This document shows positions 19,126-30,461 of a stretch of DNA of 64,000 nucleotides, in pieces (within the stretch, counting starts at the first letter, position 1; every line of letters starts with the position of its first letter). The notes under the pieces were generated by a model that was not told the origin of the DNA, ran no database searches, and was given only the letters and a program-made list of their open reading frames with translations. The stretch is from contig OZ240241.1 in the NCBI GenBank assembly GCA_965198115.1, positions 1,760,001-1,824,000 on the forward strand, read 5' to 3'. The DNA comes from Candidatus Latescibacterota bacterium. Lineage in GTDB: Bacteria; Latescibacterota; UBA2968. Position numbers and translations under genes: made by a program.

Positions 19126-20015
19126 GTGAGGTCCTTTCGCCCTCCACGGGGAGACGCTACAGCATTAAACGCGTGTGCAAAGTGTGGCAGATACCCCGTT
19201 CCACGGTGCACAGCCAGCTTCGTCGTTCATCCGTAACCGATCTTCGGCAACCCCGGAAGCGAGGCCCGGTCGGAGCGGGTACCGATGAGGAATTGGTCTC
19301 CCTCATTCAGCAGGAGATCGACGCGTCACCCTTCCACGGCGAAGGATACCGCAAGATCTGGGCCAGGCTTCGCTTTCACGGTATGCGGACGTCAAAGGAT
19401 CGGGTCCGCCGGTTGATGCGTGAAAACGGGCTCCAGGCGCGTCCAGGACGGCGTCGCGAACGACGAGCCCACGATGGCACGATTACGACCGAGAAGCCCG
19501 ATCAGATGTGGGGCACCGACCTGACTGTGACGCCCACGGTCGACGAGGGCAGAGCCTCCGTGTTTATCGCGATCGACCACTGCACGTGCGAGTGTGTGGG
19601 CATTCACGCCTCCAAGACGGCCAACCGCTTTGAGGCTCTCGAGCCGATCCGACAGGGCATCCGTGAACACTTCGGGGGCTTCGAAGAAAACATCGCCGAA
19701 GGACTGGAGCTCCGACACGATCACGGGTCACAATACGTCTCTGACGACTTCCAGAACGAGATCGCATTCCTCGGCGTCCAAACATCGCCGAGTTTCGTGC
19801 GTGAGCCAGAAGGCAACGGATGCGCCGAGCGGTTCATCCGTACCCTCAAAGAAAACCTCCTGTGGGTTAGACACTTCAGTACCATCGAAGACCTGCGCCT
19901 CGCACTCCTTGAGTTTCGGGACAGATACAACCACAGGTGGATCATCGAACGTCACGGCTACAAGACGCCCGAACAGGCTAGAAACGCACTCACGGCAACT
20001 CGAAAGGCCGCCTGA
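19122..20015 (+). CDS. IS3-family OrfB (rve integrase core)
   Basis: GYRKIWA, WGTD, RHDHGSQY, GNGCAERFIRTLKE; ATGA overlap with orfA. Confidence 0.93.
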   Translation: MSEVLSPSTGRRYSIKRVCKVWQIPRSTVHSQLRRSSVTDLRQPRKRGPVGAGTDEELVSLIQQEIDASPFHGEGYRKIWARLRFHGMRTSKDRVRRLMRENGLQARPGRRRERRAHDGTITTEKPDQMWGTDLTVTPTVDEGRASVFIAIDHCTCECVGIHASKTANRFEALEPIRQGIREHFGGFEENIAEGLELRHDHGSQYVSDDFQNEIAFLGVQTSPSFVREPEGNGCAERFIRTLKENLLWVRHFSTIEDLRLALLEFRDRYNHRWIIERHGYKTPEQARNALTATRKAA

Positions 20016-20055
20016 ATACACTCACCCGAGTGTCCAGACAACCGCGGGCTTTACA

Positions 20056-20903
20056 CGTCCCATGTTCTTCCACCAACTTCGGATCGCATTCACGGCGAAG
20101 CTGGCCGTGTCGTGATCGATACCGACACTTACCCAGCCTTCATCACGGCTCAGATCATACACTCCATAAGGGATCGCCTTGCCCTGAGCAGGCACTATGA
20201 AATCGTGTACCTTCACACGCTCCGGGTCTCCCTTGGGTCGCCATTCTCGGCCAGGATTCTTGAAGTCGCCGATCAACTCTTTCTTCTTGGTGTCCACCGA
20301 GATAACGGGAAGGCCCTGCTGCTGCTGCTGGCTAATCCGATCATCGAGGTAAACGAACTGAGCGTCCCGATCCGGGTGTGCAGATCCCTCCCTTGTCTTC
20401 CGATTCGCCTGCAGCGTGTAATCGTGTTCGTGCAGGAGATTGGCAACGATCCTGGGGCTCACCGAATGCCCCATCGCTTGCAACTCGGCGGCCAGTTTGC
20501 GAGTGCTCTTCGATGTCCATCTCAGAGGATTGTCGTCAGGCGACCCCGCAGTCGTTGGCTCGACCAGATCATTCAGGTCCTGCCACAGCGTCGGGTCCGT
20601 GTCGGCCTTCCGCTTACGACCGCCGCCTGGACGCCGGATGCGAGCCGGGTCCAAAGGTTCGTCCGACCTCAACTCCTGAATGCCACGAAAGATCCGCTCT
20701 CTGGACATTCCTGTCGCCAGAGCCACAATCGCGATCCCACCGTGACCCAACGCTTCGGCTTCCGTGGCGGCCCACAGACGACGCGTGCGTTCCGTCAGCA
20801 CCGGAGCCAAGGCTTCATACTTCGTTCGGAGAGTTTCGACGTCCACACTCCGAGCGTAAGATCATTACCTTGAAAAGTGCAGCACTTATTTCGTGGCAAG
20901 CCC
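20056..20903 (-). mobile_element. ISAzo13-family copy 2, 3'-truncated
   Basis: Identical to about 12025-12872; transposase cut at KNMGR by the IS3 end. Confidence 0.93.
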
Positions 20904-21955
20904 TTAGACGTTCCCCGGGTGCGCGACGTCGAGGCCGACGCAGAGGTTTCCCTGGCTGCATACCGGGCTCTACAGACGCCCAAGAAGACGGACGAGGGGC
21001 TGTTGCTTCGTGTTCTCAAGGGGATCTCGTGCCGCAACTACAAGGCCTGTGCCGAATCGGTTCCAGAAGCGTTTGGTATCTCAGCGTCCTCCGTCTCGCG
21101 GCGGTTCATTAAAGCCACCGCGAAGAAGCGGAAGCAGTTCCAGGAGCGTCCCCTCGACGACTACGGCTTCGTGACCCTGTTCATTGACGGAAAGAGCTTT
21201 GCCGACGAAGAGATCGTGATCGCTCCGGGGGTCACGATGGACGGCCAGAAGATCCCCCTGGGCTTCGTCGAATCGGCGACGGAGAACGAACGGATCTGCC
21301 GCCAGCTGATCCAGGATCTCATCCGGAGAGGCCTGTGCTACGACCAGGGCCTTCTCGTTGTGCTTGACGGCTCAAAGGGACTCCGCAGTGCTGTCACCAA
21401 AGCCCTCAAAGGGTATGTGCGCGTGCATCGCTGTCAGTGGCACAAGCGCGAGAATGTCGTCAGCTATCTCCCGGAGAGGGAACGTCCAAGAGTTCGACGG
21501 AAGCTCCAGAAAGCCTATGACTGCGACACCTACGAGGAGGCAAAGGCCGCACTCGAATCACTTAAACCCGAACTGAAGCTGATGAATCAGTCTGCCGTAA
21601 CGAGCCTCGAGGAAGGCCTGGAGGAAACCCTGACCCTCCACCGGCTGGGTATGCTCCCATTCCTGAAACGAAGCTTCCGAACCACCAACTGCATCGAAGC
21701 CCTCAACAGCAGGACCGGCGAGCTCACTCGGAAGGTCAGACGCTGGAACAACTCTCCCCAGAGACACAGATGGGTGGCTGCCGCACTCCTCGACATCGAA
21801 CCTCGCCTGCGACGCGTGAGCGGATACAAACATCTTCCCCTACTCAGGCAAGCACTGAACAAAGATCTGAATCTCGATAACGAACAGAATGCTCAAAAGA
21901 GAGCCTGACCAAACTACAGGGCCCGATGAGTTTCAACTGACTATGGGACTTGACC
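20904..21955 (+). mobile_element. IS256-family type B1 copy, 5'-truncated by ISAzo13
   Basis: Starts mid-gene at TTAGACGTTCCCCGG (LDVPRV); right IR ...CTATGGGACTTGACC. Confidence 0.93.
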
Positions 21956-21968
21956 CGATTAGCGTGGG

Positions 21969-23252
21969 TCAGATCTCTTCGGCCACAGCTGCGACGGCCT
22001 CGACCGTCGCATCGACGACGTCGGCTGTGTGAGCGGAAGACATAAACCACGCGCCCCGCTCCAGCGCTCGAACGCCCCGGTAGTGGAGCGTGTCGGTGAA
22101 TCGGATGTAGCGTTCCTTGTCGGCCTGCAACGACGTTCGATAATCGGTAACGGGACCTTCAACCCCGAAACCGACGTGGAACACCTGCGGGAAGCCGTCC
22201 ACCCGCGCCTCGATACCCGCATCGGCCAGGGCGGAAGCAATCCCGTCCATCAACCGGTTGCCCTGGATCGTCAACGACTCGAACGTCTCGGGCTTCGCCA
22301 GTTCCGTAAGCGTCGCGACGAGGGCGGCCATCGTCGCCGGCTGCGCATTGTAAGTCCCCCCGTGCATCACCCCACCCGACACGAAAAGATCCATCAGATC
22401 CGCACGACCCGCCAGACACGACAGGGGAAAACCGTTGGCGATCGCCTTCCCGAGTGTCGTCAGGTCGGGTGTGACCCCGAACAGCTGCTGGGCGCCGCCC
22501 GGAGCCACGCGAAACCCCGTAATCACCTCGTCGAAGATCAGAACCGTCCCTGTTTCGGTACAAGCCTCCCTCACACCCTCCAGGTAGCCATCGGCCGGAA
22601 AGATCGTGCTCGTGTTGCACATCGCTGGTTCCATGATCAGCGCGGCGACGTCCCCACGTTCCAACCGCTGCTTCACGAGCTCGAGATCGTTCCACGGAAG
22701 CACATCGGTATGCTCTCCCGCGAGCAGATCCTGACCGGCGCTGGCCGGCACCCGGGTCGGCGCTTCGAGTGGACCGTGCTGATCGGTGGGTGGCGCGACG
22801 CTCCATAGGACGCTGTCCAGCCACCCGTGGTAATGCCCTTCGAACTTGACGATCGTCGACCGCCCGGTGAATGCGCGCGCCAGACGCCAGGCCGCCTGCA
22901 CCACCTCGCTCCCGGCACAGCTGAACCGCACCTTCTCCGCCGACGGCACCATCGCGCAGACCAACCGGGCCGCCTCCTGCTCGATCTCTGTCTGACCGGC
23001 AAACAGAATGCCCGAATCCAATTGCTTTCGGACGGCTTCGATGACCGGTTCGGGATTGTGACCCAGAATCATCGGCCCCATGCCGAGGTAGTAGTCGATC
23101 AGTCGATTGCCGTCGACGTCGAACAGATAGGGTCCCTCCCCACGCTCAAACACGAGCGGCGTCGGCTTCATCCCAAGCCGGAAATTGCTGTTCACACCGC
23201 CCGGCAGAACCTGATCCGCTTCCTCGATCATCCTTTTTGAGCGGTCGAACAT
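21969..23252 (-). CDS. Class-III PLP aminotransferase, glutamate-1-semialdehyde aminomutase-like
   Basis: PGGVNS, DVDGNRLIDY, KFEGHYHGW, LIFDEVITGFR, PDLTTLGKAIANG, HGGTYN. Confidence 0.92.
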   Translation of the reverse strand: MFDRSKRMIEEADQVLPGGVNSNFRLGMKPTPLVFERGEGPYLFDVDGNRLIDYYLGMGPMILGHNPEPVIEAVRKQLDSGILFAGQTEIEQEAARLVCAMVPSAEKVRFSCAGSEVVQAAWRLARAFTGRSTIVKFEGHYHGWLDSVLWSVAPPTDQHGPLEAPTRVPASAGQDLLAGEHTDVLPWNDLELVKQRLERGDVAALIMEPAMCNTSTIFPADGYLEGVREACTETGTVLIFDEVITGFRVAPGGAQQLFGVTPDLTTLGKAIANGFPLSCLAGRADLMDLFVSGGVMHGGTYNAQPATMAALVATLTELAKPETFESLTIQGNRLMDGIASALADAGIEARVDGFPQVFHVGFGVEGPVTDYRTSLQADKERYIRFTDTLHYRGVRALERGAWFMSSAHTADVVDATVEAVAAVAEEI

Positions 23253-24583
23253 TAGGGTGTCTCGATTCTGTCTTTGAGTTTCAGGAACGTCTCCCTCGTC
23301 GCCTCGTTGATCCCGACCGAAAAACGGGAAGGGCCCATTTTGCTATACGCATTCGCCTGATCGACCTCATACCCACCTTCGGGAATCAACGCATCTACGG
23401 GCATGTAGGTTCTGCCGTCCTGGCAGTAGCCCCACCCCACGAGGTTCGGGTCGTCGAGCCACTCACGCAGCAACGGCAGCCACTCCCCCACCACCTCGTT
23501 CGCGAGCCACGCCACCGTATGCCCCGGTGCGAGCCGCATCAGTCCCACCGCCCACGGCACGTACTTCACCGGCGGGATCCCCGACTCGAACCGCTCGACC
23601 CAGTAGGTGCCCAGGTTGTGCTGAATTTCCTCTTCACTCTTCGCCAGTTCCCTGTAGTGCGAGATTGGCGGAATCGCTTCCAGGTCGCGTGGGGCCATCG
23701 CGAAAGCGGAGGCGAATGCGAAATCGAGGTCGAGCTTCGCTCCCTGGGAGTCCAGCACGGTCAGGACGTCACGACTCAGCGTTTCCCCGACCGCCTCTGT
23801 ATCCGCAGGAGTCGATTTTCGAAACGAGTTGGTCGCCAGATCCGCAACCTGCCGTGGACGCACGTTACCAGCAAAGCCCTGAATGAACTGAGTGTGCGTG
23901 TTCGCGCCCAGTTGCGTCTGAAGCGCCTGTCGGCAGACGCCTACGTAGTCCGGAGAGATCCCGTTCCACGCATACGCGTAAACCGTGACGGGATGACACC
24001 CGTAGTTGAACACCACGCACCGTCCCGCTCCTTCAGCCGCAGCCAGATCGAGCACCCACAAGTCGCGGTTCAGATGACCATCTGGGTTCGGTCGCAATCC
24101 CATCTCGCCCGTTTCCGAGCGATTCCGCCGGTTGATCCCGATCTCGGACGATCCGCAGTGAACCGTGGCCGTCACGGGCTCGAGTCGATCGATCGCGTCC
24201 AACGTCATTCTAGAGATACGGGCGAGCAGGTCCTGCTCGTATGCGATCAACTCGGACGGCTTCCCGACCGTCGTCGCGTAGCCTTCGAACCCCGACATCG
24301 GCCCGTTGTGCGTATGCGAATAGTTGACAATGATGGCGTCGAAGGGGATTCCGGTCAGGGCGGACAGCTCCTGCCGGAACGGCGCCGTCGTCTGCCACGA
24401 CATCCCGATCATGTCGATCGAGACCCAGACCGTCTGCTTCCCGCTATCGTCTTCCAGGACAACGACCTGAGCCACGAGGGGATCCAGCACCTCTTCTCCC
24501 CCGCTCAACCGCGGTCCTCGTCCACCTAGAGGCAGCCCCAGGGGAGGCGTTGAATCGATCTGTGACCAGGCTGCTCGAGTCAT
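23252..24583 (-). CDS. Neutral/alkaline ceramidase-like N-terminal domain protein
   Basis: DPLVAQVVVL, SHTHNGP, INRR, NYGCHP, ISPDYVG, QGFAGN, GGYEV; likelier start MTRAAW at 24583. Confidence 0.8.
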   Translation of the reverse strand: MTRAAWSQIDSTPPLGLPLGGRGPRLSGGEEVLDPLVAQVVVLEDDSGKQTVWVSIDMIGMSWQTTAPFRQELSALTGIPFDAIIVNYSHTHNGPMSGFEGYATTVGKPSELIAYEQDLLARISRMTLDAIDRLEPVTATVHCGSSEIGINRRNRSETGEMGLRPNPDGHLNRDLWVLDLAAAEGAGRCVVFNYGCHPVTVYAYAWNGISPDYVGVCRQALQTQLGANTHTQFIQGFAGNVRPRQVADLATNSFRKSTPADTEAVGETLSRDVLTVLDSQGAKLDLDFAFASAFAMAPRDLEAIPPISHYRELAKSEEEIQHNLGTYWVERFESGIPPVKYVPWAVGLMRLAPGHTVAWLANEVVGEWLPLLREWLDDPNLVGWGYCQDGRTYMPVDALIPEGGYEVDQANAYSKMGPSRFSVGINEATRETFLKLKDRIETP

Positions 24584-24647
24584 AAGAGCTCGGTGTTCGC
24601 TGTTCGGTACCAAGGGTAGGAGCTGCCTCTGGCGGCGACTGAGGCAT

Positions 24648-25478
24648 TTACGTGCCGCTAATCCCAAGTAGCTCCCGCGCTTCATCGCAGGTCGCTACCT
24701 CCCGCTGCAGATCTCGCGAGAGCTTCACAGCCCGCTCCACGAACTGAGCATTGCTTTCTGCCTTCACTCCCCGCTCGATGTAGATATTGTCTTCGAAACC
24801 AACCCTCACGTGACCACCCATCAGCAGCGCGTGCGTCGTGATTGGTAGTTGCTGAACACCGGGTGCAAGCACGGACCAGACGGCATCCGCCGGCAGCCGA
24901 CGTCGCATCTCTACCAGCGACTCGATCGTCGCCTCGATGCCCCAGAAAATCCCGAGACAGAGCTGTACCCACGGCGGATCCTCGACGAGTCCATCGTCGA
25001 TCAGCTGTTTGGCCTGCCTGATGTGACCGACGTCGAAAACTTCGAGCTCGGGCTTGACGCCGGCTTCCTTCATCTCCCGAGCGCCCCGCTCGACCCAATC
25101 CTGCGGGTTCAGGAACACGCGACGGCCAAAGTTCACGGACCCAACATCGAGCGAGCAGATGTCGGGGGACAGGCTGATCGGGTCCAACCGACGATCGCCC
25201 GCATCCGGGCCCGTGAGGTTGAGCCCGCTCGTCGTCAGGTTGACGATCAGATCGCTGTCAGCTCGAATGCGCTCGACGACCTCCGCGAATAGTTCGACAC
25301 GAGAATCGGCCGCGCCCGTCTCCGGATCACGCACGTGAATGTGGGCGATCGCAGCCCCTGCCCGCCAGGCTCCGAGCGCCTGGTCCGCGATCTCCTCCGG
25401 TGTGTAGGGCACGTTCGGGTTCTGCTCTTTCGTAGGAGACGACCCCGATACGGCAGCCGATATGATCAGCTTGTCCAC
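24648..25478 (-). CDS. kce: 3-keto-5-aminohexanoate cleavage enzyme family (BKACE)
   Basis: [51 protein letters not shown]. Confidence 0.9.
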   Translation of the reverse strand: MDKLIISAAVSGSSPTKEQNPNVPYTPEEIADQALGAWRAGAAIAHIHVRDPETGAADSRVELFAEVVERIRADSDLIVNLTTSGLNLTGPDAGDRRLDPISLSPDICSLDVGSVNFGRRVFLNPQDWVERGAREMKEAGVKPELEVFDVGHIRQAKQLIDDGLVEDPPWVQLCLGIFWGIEATIESLVEMRRRLPADAVWSVLAPGVQQLPITTHALLMGGHVRVGFEDNIYIERGVKAESNAQFVERAVKLSRDLQREVATCDEARELLGISGT

Positions 25479-25493
25479 GTTATCCTTGCCTCA

Positions 25494-26501
25494 TCACCGT
25501 GGCCTGAAGCGAGCGATCGCATCGTCTGCGCGAGCCGTATTCGCGTCGATCGTACGGCCGGCATTGTGCGGCGTGTGGATCACGTTGTGTCGTCCGAGCA
25601 GCGGCGAATCGAGCGGGACCGGCTCGTTATCGAAGACATCGGCGGCCAGAAACAGCTCGTCGGCGAGCACGCGCTTGTAGAGAGCTTCCGTGTCGCACAC
25701 CCTCGCACGCGTGACTTGGACGACCAGACTCCGATCGGGCAGCGCGTTGATATGCTCGGCTGGGACGAGCCCCCGCGTGCTGTCCGTCAACGGAACCATC
25801 GGGACGAAGATGTCCGAATCTTTCACCAGCTCTGCCTGGTGGAAACAGCGTTCGACGCCCGCAATGTCGAACGAAGCGTCAGGAGCGAAGGGGTCCCAAA
25901 CCCTGACGTCCGCCCCCATCATCGCACACCACTTGGCGTAGCGTCCACCGATGTTGCCCACACCGATCACACGCACACGCTTTCCGGCGATCGTACCGTT
26001 CATGAAGTTCGGGTCGTCGCCGAACTGTTGTCCCCGCTGACCGGGCTTCCCCACCTTTGGGTTGTAATCCCAGGTCTCGTGACCTTGGATCATCTCGTTG
26101 TAAGTGATGGGGATCCGCCTGAGCGCGCAGATCGTCAGGCCGAGCGCGTATTCGGCGACCGTCTGACCCCACTGAACATCCCCCCGAGGATAGATGAACG
26201 TGACGCCGCGCGCTTCCGCCTCCTCGATTGCCTCACCCGCGTTGCCACCATAGTTCCCCGACGCATAACACTCTTCCAGTACCTTGAACGGCTCGAGGTC
26301 CTCACATTCCGTCGGAAAACCGAGCAGCACCAGACGACTCACCGTCTGGGGATTCGGAACCAGCTGGGGCGCTCGAGCCTCCATGCCCTCCGTACGGTAG
26401 AGCTCACAGCCTCCTGCCTCTTCCCACCGTCGCTGCCAATGATCGGCCGTGAAAGGCCAGGCTGCGTCATACCTTTCGTTCACACAGATCACGGATCTCA
26501 T
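25494..26501 (-). CDS. D-2-hydroxyacid dehydrogenase family, NAD-binding
   Basis: VAEYALG, GVGNIG, WDPF, ADVFDNEP, TPHNAG; likelier start MRSVIC at 26501. Confidence 0.85.
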   Translation of the reverse strand: MRSVICVNERYDAAWPFTADHWQRRWEEAGGCELYRTEGMEARAPQLVPNPQTVSRLVLLGFPTECEDLEPFKVLEECYASGNYGGNAGEAIEEAEARGVTFIYPRGDVQWGQTVAEYALGLTICALRRIPITYNEMIQGHETWDYNPKVGKPGQRGQQFGDDPNFMNGTIAGKRVRVIGVGNIGGRYAKWCAMMGADVRVWDPFAPDASFDIAGVERCFHQAELVKDSDIFVPMVPLTDSTRGLVPAEHINALPDRSLVVQVTRARVCDTEALYKRVLADELFLAADVFDNEPVPLDSPLLGRHNVIHTPHNAGRTIDANTARADDAIARFRPR

Positions 26502-26541
26502 TTTTACCTTCTTTGAATGCCCTCGCATAGGAGGACAGCGT

Positions 26542-26575
26542 CCCTGTGCACTCCTGAGCGGAGTCGAAGGGACAC
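26542..26575. repeat. REP-like element (CCTGAGCGGAGTCGAAGG class)
   Basis: Intergenic; core shared with 28688-28704 and 39775-39791. Confidence 0.55.
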
Positions 26576-26708
26576 GGACGAGGGTAGCACAATATTCTTC
26601 AACTAACCATATGACGAACGCGCTACGCTCGCCCCTGGGCTCCGCCCGGGGGCGCTGTGACGGACAACAGAATGGGTTTTTCACGTATCGCGAGGGATAC
26701 ACCCCTCG

Positions 26709-27749
26709 TCACACAATCTCTACGCGCTGACCGTTGGAGAGCAGGGCGGCTTCGTAGACCTTCATCACAGACAGGGCGAACTCGAGTGACCCGAGTTCAG
26801 CGGGCCGATCAGAGAGGACGCAATCGCAAAAGTAGCGCATCTCGTCGTAGAAGCCCTGCGTGAACAGCGCCTTGTTCTCGAGCGTTCCCAACGTATCGGC
26901 TGGACCCCAGACTACGGCGCCCGAGTCCATGCCCGACGGAACATAGCTCGTGGTTCTCGAATACTCAAACGGGATGCCCCGCTGGACCGTCACACGCAGA
27001 TCGTGATCGATCGTGATGTGGCTCTGGCCCCAGAACGCGTAGCGCTCGGCTGCCCTTTTTCCCCTCGCAGACACGAGGTTGAACGTCCCAATCGTTCCGT
27101 TTCCGAATTCCAGCACACAGACACCCGACCCCTCTCTGTTTCGGTGCATCGTAACGGCCACCACCTCACCTCCCACCGCCAACATCAGCGAGAGCGGATG
27201 GCAGCCGTTTCTGAGCCAGTTCGGAGCCTGACGCTCTCGGAGTACAGCCTCTCCATCCTCTGGAATCGTCATCGAGTATTCCGCGCTCATCCCTTGCAGG
27301 GGTCCGTACTCCTCCGTCGCCAGGATCTCGATCACCTTCCGTGTCGCCGGCATGAAAGCCTTCTTGAACCCGACGACCGCCACGCGATCCCCACGATGCT
27401 CGATCACTGTCTCGATTTCCGAAGCCAGAACCGCCGGTGGTTTCTCCATCCAAACGTGCAGACCAGCCTCCAGCGCCTCGCAGGCAAGCTCTGGATGTAG
27501 CTCCGGCGACACGCACAGGAAGACAGCGTCCAGCTCTTGGCTCTGATACATCTCACCGGCTGTTGCGTAACAGGCTTGGACGCCATATTCATCTGCCGTT
27601 CGTTCCGCCAGGTCCAGATTGACGTCACACAGTGCCTGGAGTCTGACAGGCAGATAGTGCATCGTGGGCAGGATGTTGCGGTAACCGTGCGACCCGACGC
27701 CGACGAGACCGACGTTCGAGCGCTTCTCGAATTCGCGCTGGTAGCTCAT
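26709..27749 (-). CDS. Gfo/Idh/MocA oxidoreductase
   Basis: VGVGSHG, LHPELA, HVWMEKP, VGFKKAF. Confidence 0.92.
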   Translation of the reverse strand: MSYQREFEKRSNVGLVGVGSHGYRNILPTMHYLPVRLQALCDVNLDLAERTADEYGVQACYATAGEMYQSQELDAVFLCVSPELHPELACEALEAGLHVWMEKPPAVLASEIETVIEHRGDRVAVVGFKKAFMPATRKVIEILATEEYGPLQGMSAEYSMTIPEDGEAVLRERQAPNWLRNGCHPLSLMLAVGGEVVAVTMHRNREGSGVCVLEFGNGTIGTFNLVSARGKRAAERYAFWGQSHITIDHDLRVTVQRGIPFEYSRTTSYVPSGMDSGAVVWGPADTLGTLENKALFTQGFYDEMRYFCDCVLSDRPAELGSLEFALSVMKVYEAALLSNGQRVEIV

Positions 27750-28621
27750 CCCTCCACCTTCTCGATGATTCCACGAACGAAGTCGAGATCGCGCTCGGTG
27801 ACCCCGTCGTAATCGTAATCCTCACGCCGTTCGCCGTGGGACCCGTTCAAGCAGAGGACGGGACTGACGCCGTCGGCGACCACCCGACGCGTGATCGCCT
27901 CAACGGGCCAGGAAGCGTCCTCCAAACTCGACTTCCATTTCAGATCTGATGTGTCCTCCCCCGACCGGCCGCCCTTCACGTGGTAGTAGGCGAGTAAAGG
28001 TTTCAGCTGCTCGTAGACGTCGATCGAGGGGAAGGTGCCCATCTGCCAGAGGTTCTGAACGTCCCACGTCAGGTTTACGGCATCACCACAATCGAGCGCC
28101 TCGAACAGTCCGAGTATCTCCTTTGGCGTCGACAGGATGCAACCCCGGCACTCGTTTTCGATCGTCACGCGGAAACCCGCCGCCGCGAGTTTCTCGATCG
28201 CTTCGCGGTAGTGGTCGATCAGCCAGGGATGATCGGACTCTATGTAAGCCACAGCATCCCCGTGCTCATCTCTTGACGTGGTCGTTGCGCCAAGCAGCCT
28301 CACAAGATCCGACTGGAGAATGCGAGCGACCGAAATCGCCCGATCGATCTGGCCCAGATGGTCCTTTCTGAACAAGTCCTCACCGAGCTCCACATCCGTG
28401 TGGAACAGGATGGTCGACATACAGTAGACGTTCAGCCCTCGATCGCCGATCAACCGAGCAGCTCGTTCCGCTTCCGCCTCGGCCAGATCGACGATCCCCT
28501 TGTCGAAGATCCTATCCTTGAGATCAAGGTGATGCAGCCCCCACTCGACGTGCCGGTCCAACGCCCGTTCGAAATCGCGATCGGCCATCGAGTTGAGCAT
28601 GGTGATGGAGGTCTTTGGCAT
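27746..28621 (-). CDS. Xylose-isomerase-like TIM barrel (sugar phosphate isomerase/epimerase)
   Basis: TIENE, LTWDVQN, YHVKG; likelier start MPKTSIT at 28621. Confidence 0.82.
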   Translation of the reverse strand: MPKTSITMLNSMADRDFERALDRHVEWGLHHLDLKDRIFDKGIVDLAEAEAERAARLIGDRGLNVYCMSTILFHTDVELGEDLFRKDHLGQIDRAISVARILQSDLVRLLGATTTSRDEHGDAVAYIESDHPWLIDHYREAIEKLAAAGFRVTIENECRGCILSTPKEILGLFEALDCGDAVNLTWDVQNLWQMGTFPSIDVYEQLKPLLAYYHVKGGRSGEDTSDLKWKSSLEDASWPVEAITRRVVADGVSPVLCLNGSHGERREDYDYDGVTERDLDFVRGIIEKVEG

Positions 28622-28654
28622 TGCTTGTCCTATGGCGTATCCGAAAATGTGACC

Positions 28655-28780
28655 AATGTCATCCCGGCAGTGTTTTGAGCCGCCTGTCCTGAGCCTGTCG
28701 AAGGGGGATCCATTTTCCCCCCGCAATAGCGGAAAACGTCAAAATCGGCCCCGGCTAAGAAGCGTACCGGGGCGACATTG
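28655..28780. repeat. Composite REP-like palindromic element, copy 1
   Basis: Bounded by the inverted pair CAATGTCATCCCGG / CCGGGGCGACATTG; homologous to 39744-39870. Confidence 0.8.
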
Positions 28781-28809
28781 ATCGTCGCGAGCCAACCAAC
28801 TGATACATG

Positions 28810-30321
28810 CTATGTCGCTGGCCGAACAACGTCCTCCGGACGATCAGGAAACCCCATAATGTCACGCGACCGATCGAACTGGTAGATCCTGCTGCCCTGC
28901 CGTTCCTCGAACGGAAACGACCTCAGGCCATTCCCGTCCAATGCATCTCGTGATCCCTCTGGCTCACTCGATTCTGTGGCTCTTGCGCGCAGCCGATCCG
29001 CGACCTCACTGTCCGTACCCACACGATTCACCAGCTCCTGTGGATCCTCGGCCAGATTGAACAGCTGCTCCCGCCCTCCGTTAGCGATGTAGATGTACTT
29101 CCAGTCATCCTGGCAAACCATCATCTTGAACCGAGGTGTCCCTGGCTGTCCATACATCCCGATCACCGATTCTCTGGGCGGGACGTCACCAGCGAGCATG
29201 CCGAGAACATCCTCGCCGTCGCGAGTCTCTGTCCGTCCGGCGGCGTGAGTCGCAATGGCGAACAGGTCCGTAAGACACACCAGCTCTTCGCAGCGCTCAT
29301 CCGTCTGGAGCGACGCAGGCCAACTGAGCAGGAACGGGATATGGCAGGAGACGTCGAAGAAGGTCTCTTTCTGCCACGCCCGATGGTCCCCGAGGTGATC
29401 GCCGTGGTCGGAAAAGAAGCAGATCAGCGTGTTGTCCGCATCCCGTCTGGCCTCGACCGCGTCCAGGATACGGCCCAGGCACTCATCGATATACGTGATT
29501 TCTCCATAGTATCGAGCCTTGAGGACTCGAGCGCGCGAGTCTGCAATGTCGTCTGCCCAGATGACTCGGTTCATGAACGGAATCTGTTCATCTGCGTAGT
29601 CGGTCTCCCGTTCGCCGCAGATCGGATCCGGCATCCTGTCCGGATCATACATTCGGCTGAAAGGGACGGGCGGTGCGAATGGCGGGTGCGGGCCAATGAA
29701 GGAAACGAACCCGAAAAACGGCCGATCGTCATCGACCTCGATCTGCTCGATCGCTCTGTCGGCTGCCCACGATTCGACGGTCGCGTACGCAGGCATCGGA
29801 CTGACCTGCGGCATGTAATACATCTCGGTGCGCTCGCCCTGCAGCGCTTCGATGTAATCGTAGGTGGGATGCTCCTTCGCGATCCAGGCCGCGTAGGCGT
29901 CTCCCCTCCTCTGCTCGGGCGTTACGTAAAGTTCCTCGCTATGGAGGTGAACGTCATAACCGATATCCTCGTCCCACGGCCCGGTGTGGAACTTCCCCAC
30001 GCCAAAGGTTCGGTAGCCGTGAGTGCGCATCGTCTCGGCCAGATAGGGACCACAGCGCCCCGTCATCGTGTCGGCCTGGCCGGCGACAGGCGGAGATGCA
30101 CGGTTCGAGAAGCGTCGTGTTACGGCGGGCTCACAGCCAGTGCGAACCGTGTAACGCGCAGCGACGCAAACAGGACACGTAGAGTAGGCTCGCGTGAAGG
30201 AGAGCCCACGCCTGACAAGACGGTCGAGGTTCGGCGTGTAGATGTGACCGTTGCCGAGGGCAGCGATCGTATCGAACCGCTGTTGATCGGTCATCACGTA
30301 AAGGATGTTGGGCTTGGCCAT
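28810..30321 (-). CDS. Sulfatase (formylglycine-dependent family)
   Basis: PNILYVMTDQQR, CVAAR..RTG, GKFH, PHPP, SDHGD; likelier start MAKPN at 30321. Confidence 0.93.
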   Translation of the reverse strand: MAKPNILYVMTDQQRFDTIAALGNGHIYTPNLDRLVRRGLSFTRAYSTCPVCVAARYTVRTGCEPAVTRRFSNRASPPVAGQADTMTGRCGPYLAETMRTHGYRTFGVGKFHTGPWDEDIGYDVHLHSEELYVTPEQRRGDAYAAWIAKEHPTYDYIEALQGERTEMYYMPQVSPMPAYATVESWAADRAIEQIEVDDDRPFFGFVSFIGPHPPFAPPVPFSRMYDPDRMPDPICGERETDYADEQIPFMNRVIWADDIADSRARVLKARYYGEITYIDECLGRILDAVEARRDADNTLICFFSDHGDHLGDHRAWQKETFFDVSCHIPFLLSWPASLQTDERCEELVCLTDLFAIATHAAGRTETRDGEDVLGMLAGDVPPRESVIGMYGQPGTPRFKMMVCQDDWKYIYIANGGREQLFNLAEDPQELVNRVGTDSEVADRLRARATESSEPEGSRDALDGNGLRSFPFEERQGSRIYQFDRSRDIMGFPDRPEDVVRPAT

Positions 30322-30461
30322 TGGAAAACTCAAAGGTTTTGGGGGGAACCGTCTCTCTTTGGTCACGGGTCACTGGTCAATCAGCACCGCATAGACCACC
30401 GAATCCCTTGACGAAGGTTGTTTGGCGGAGGTCGTTGGCAAAGGGCTCCACCGCCAGGGTC

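Larger units (their letters stand above)
18676..20055 (+). mobile_element. IS3-family element (orfA plus orfB)
   Basis: Imperfect IRs ...GGACACT / AGTGTCC...TTTACA; no TSD; truncates ISAzo13 copy 2 on the right. Confidence 0.88.
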
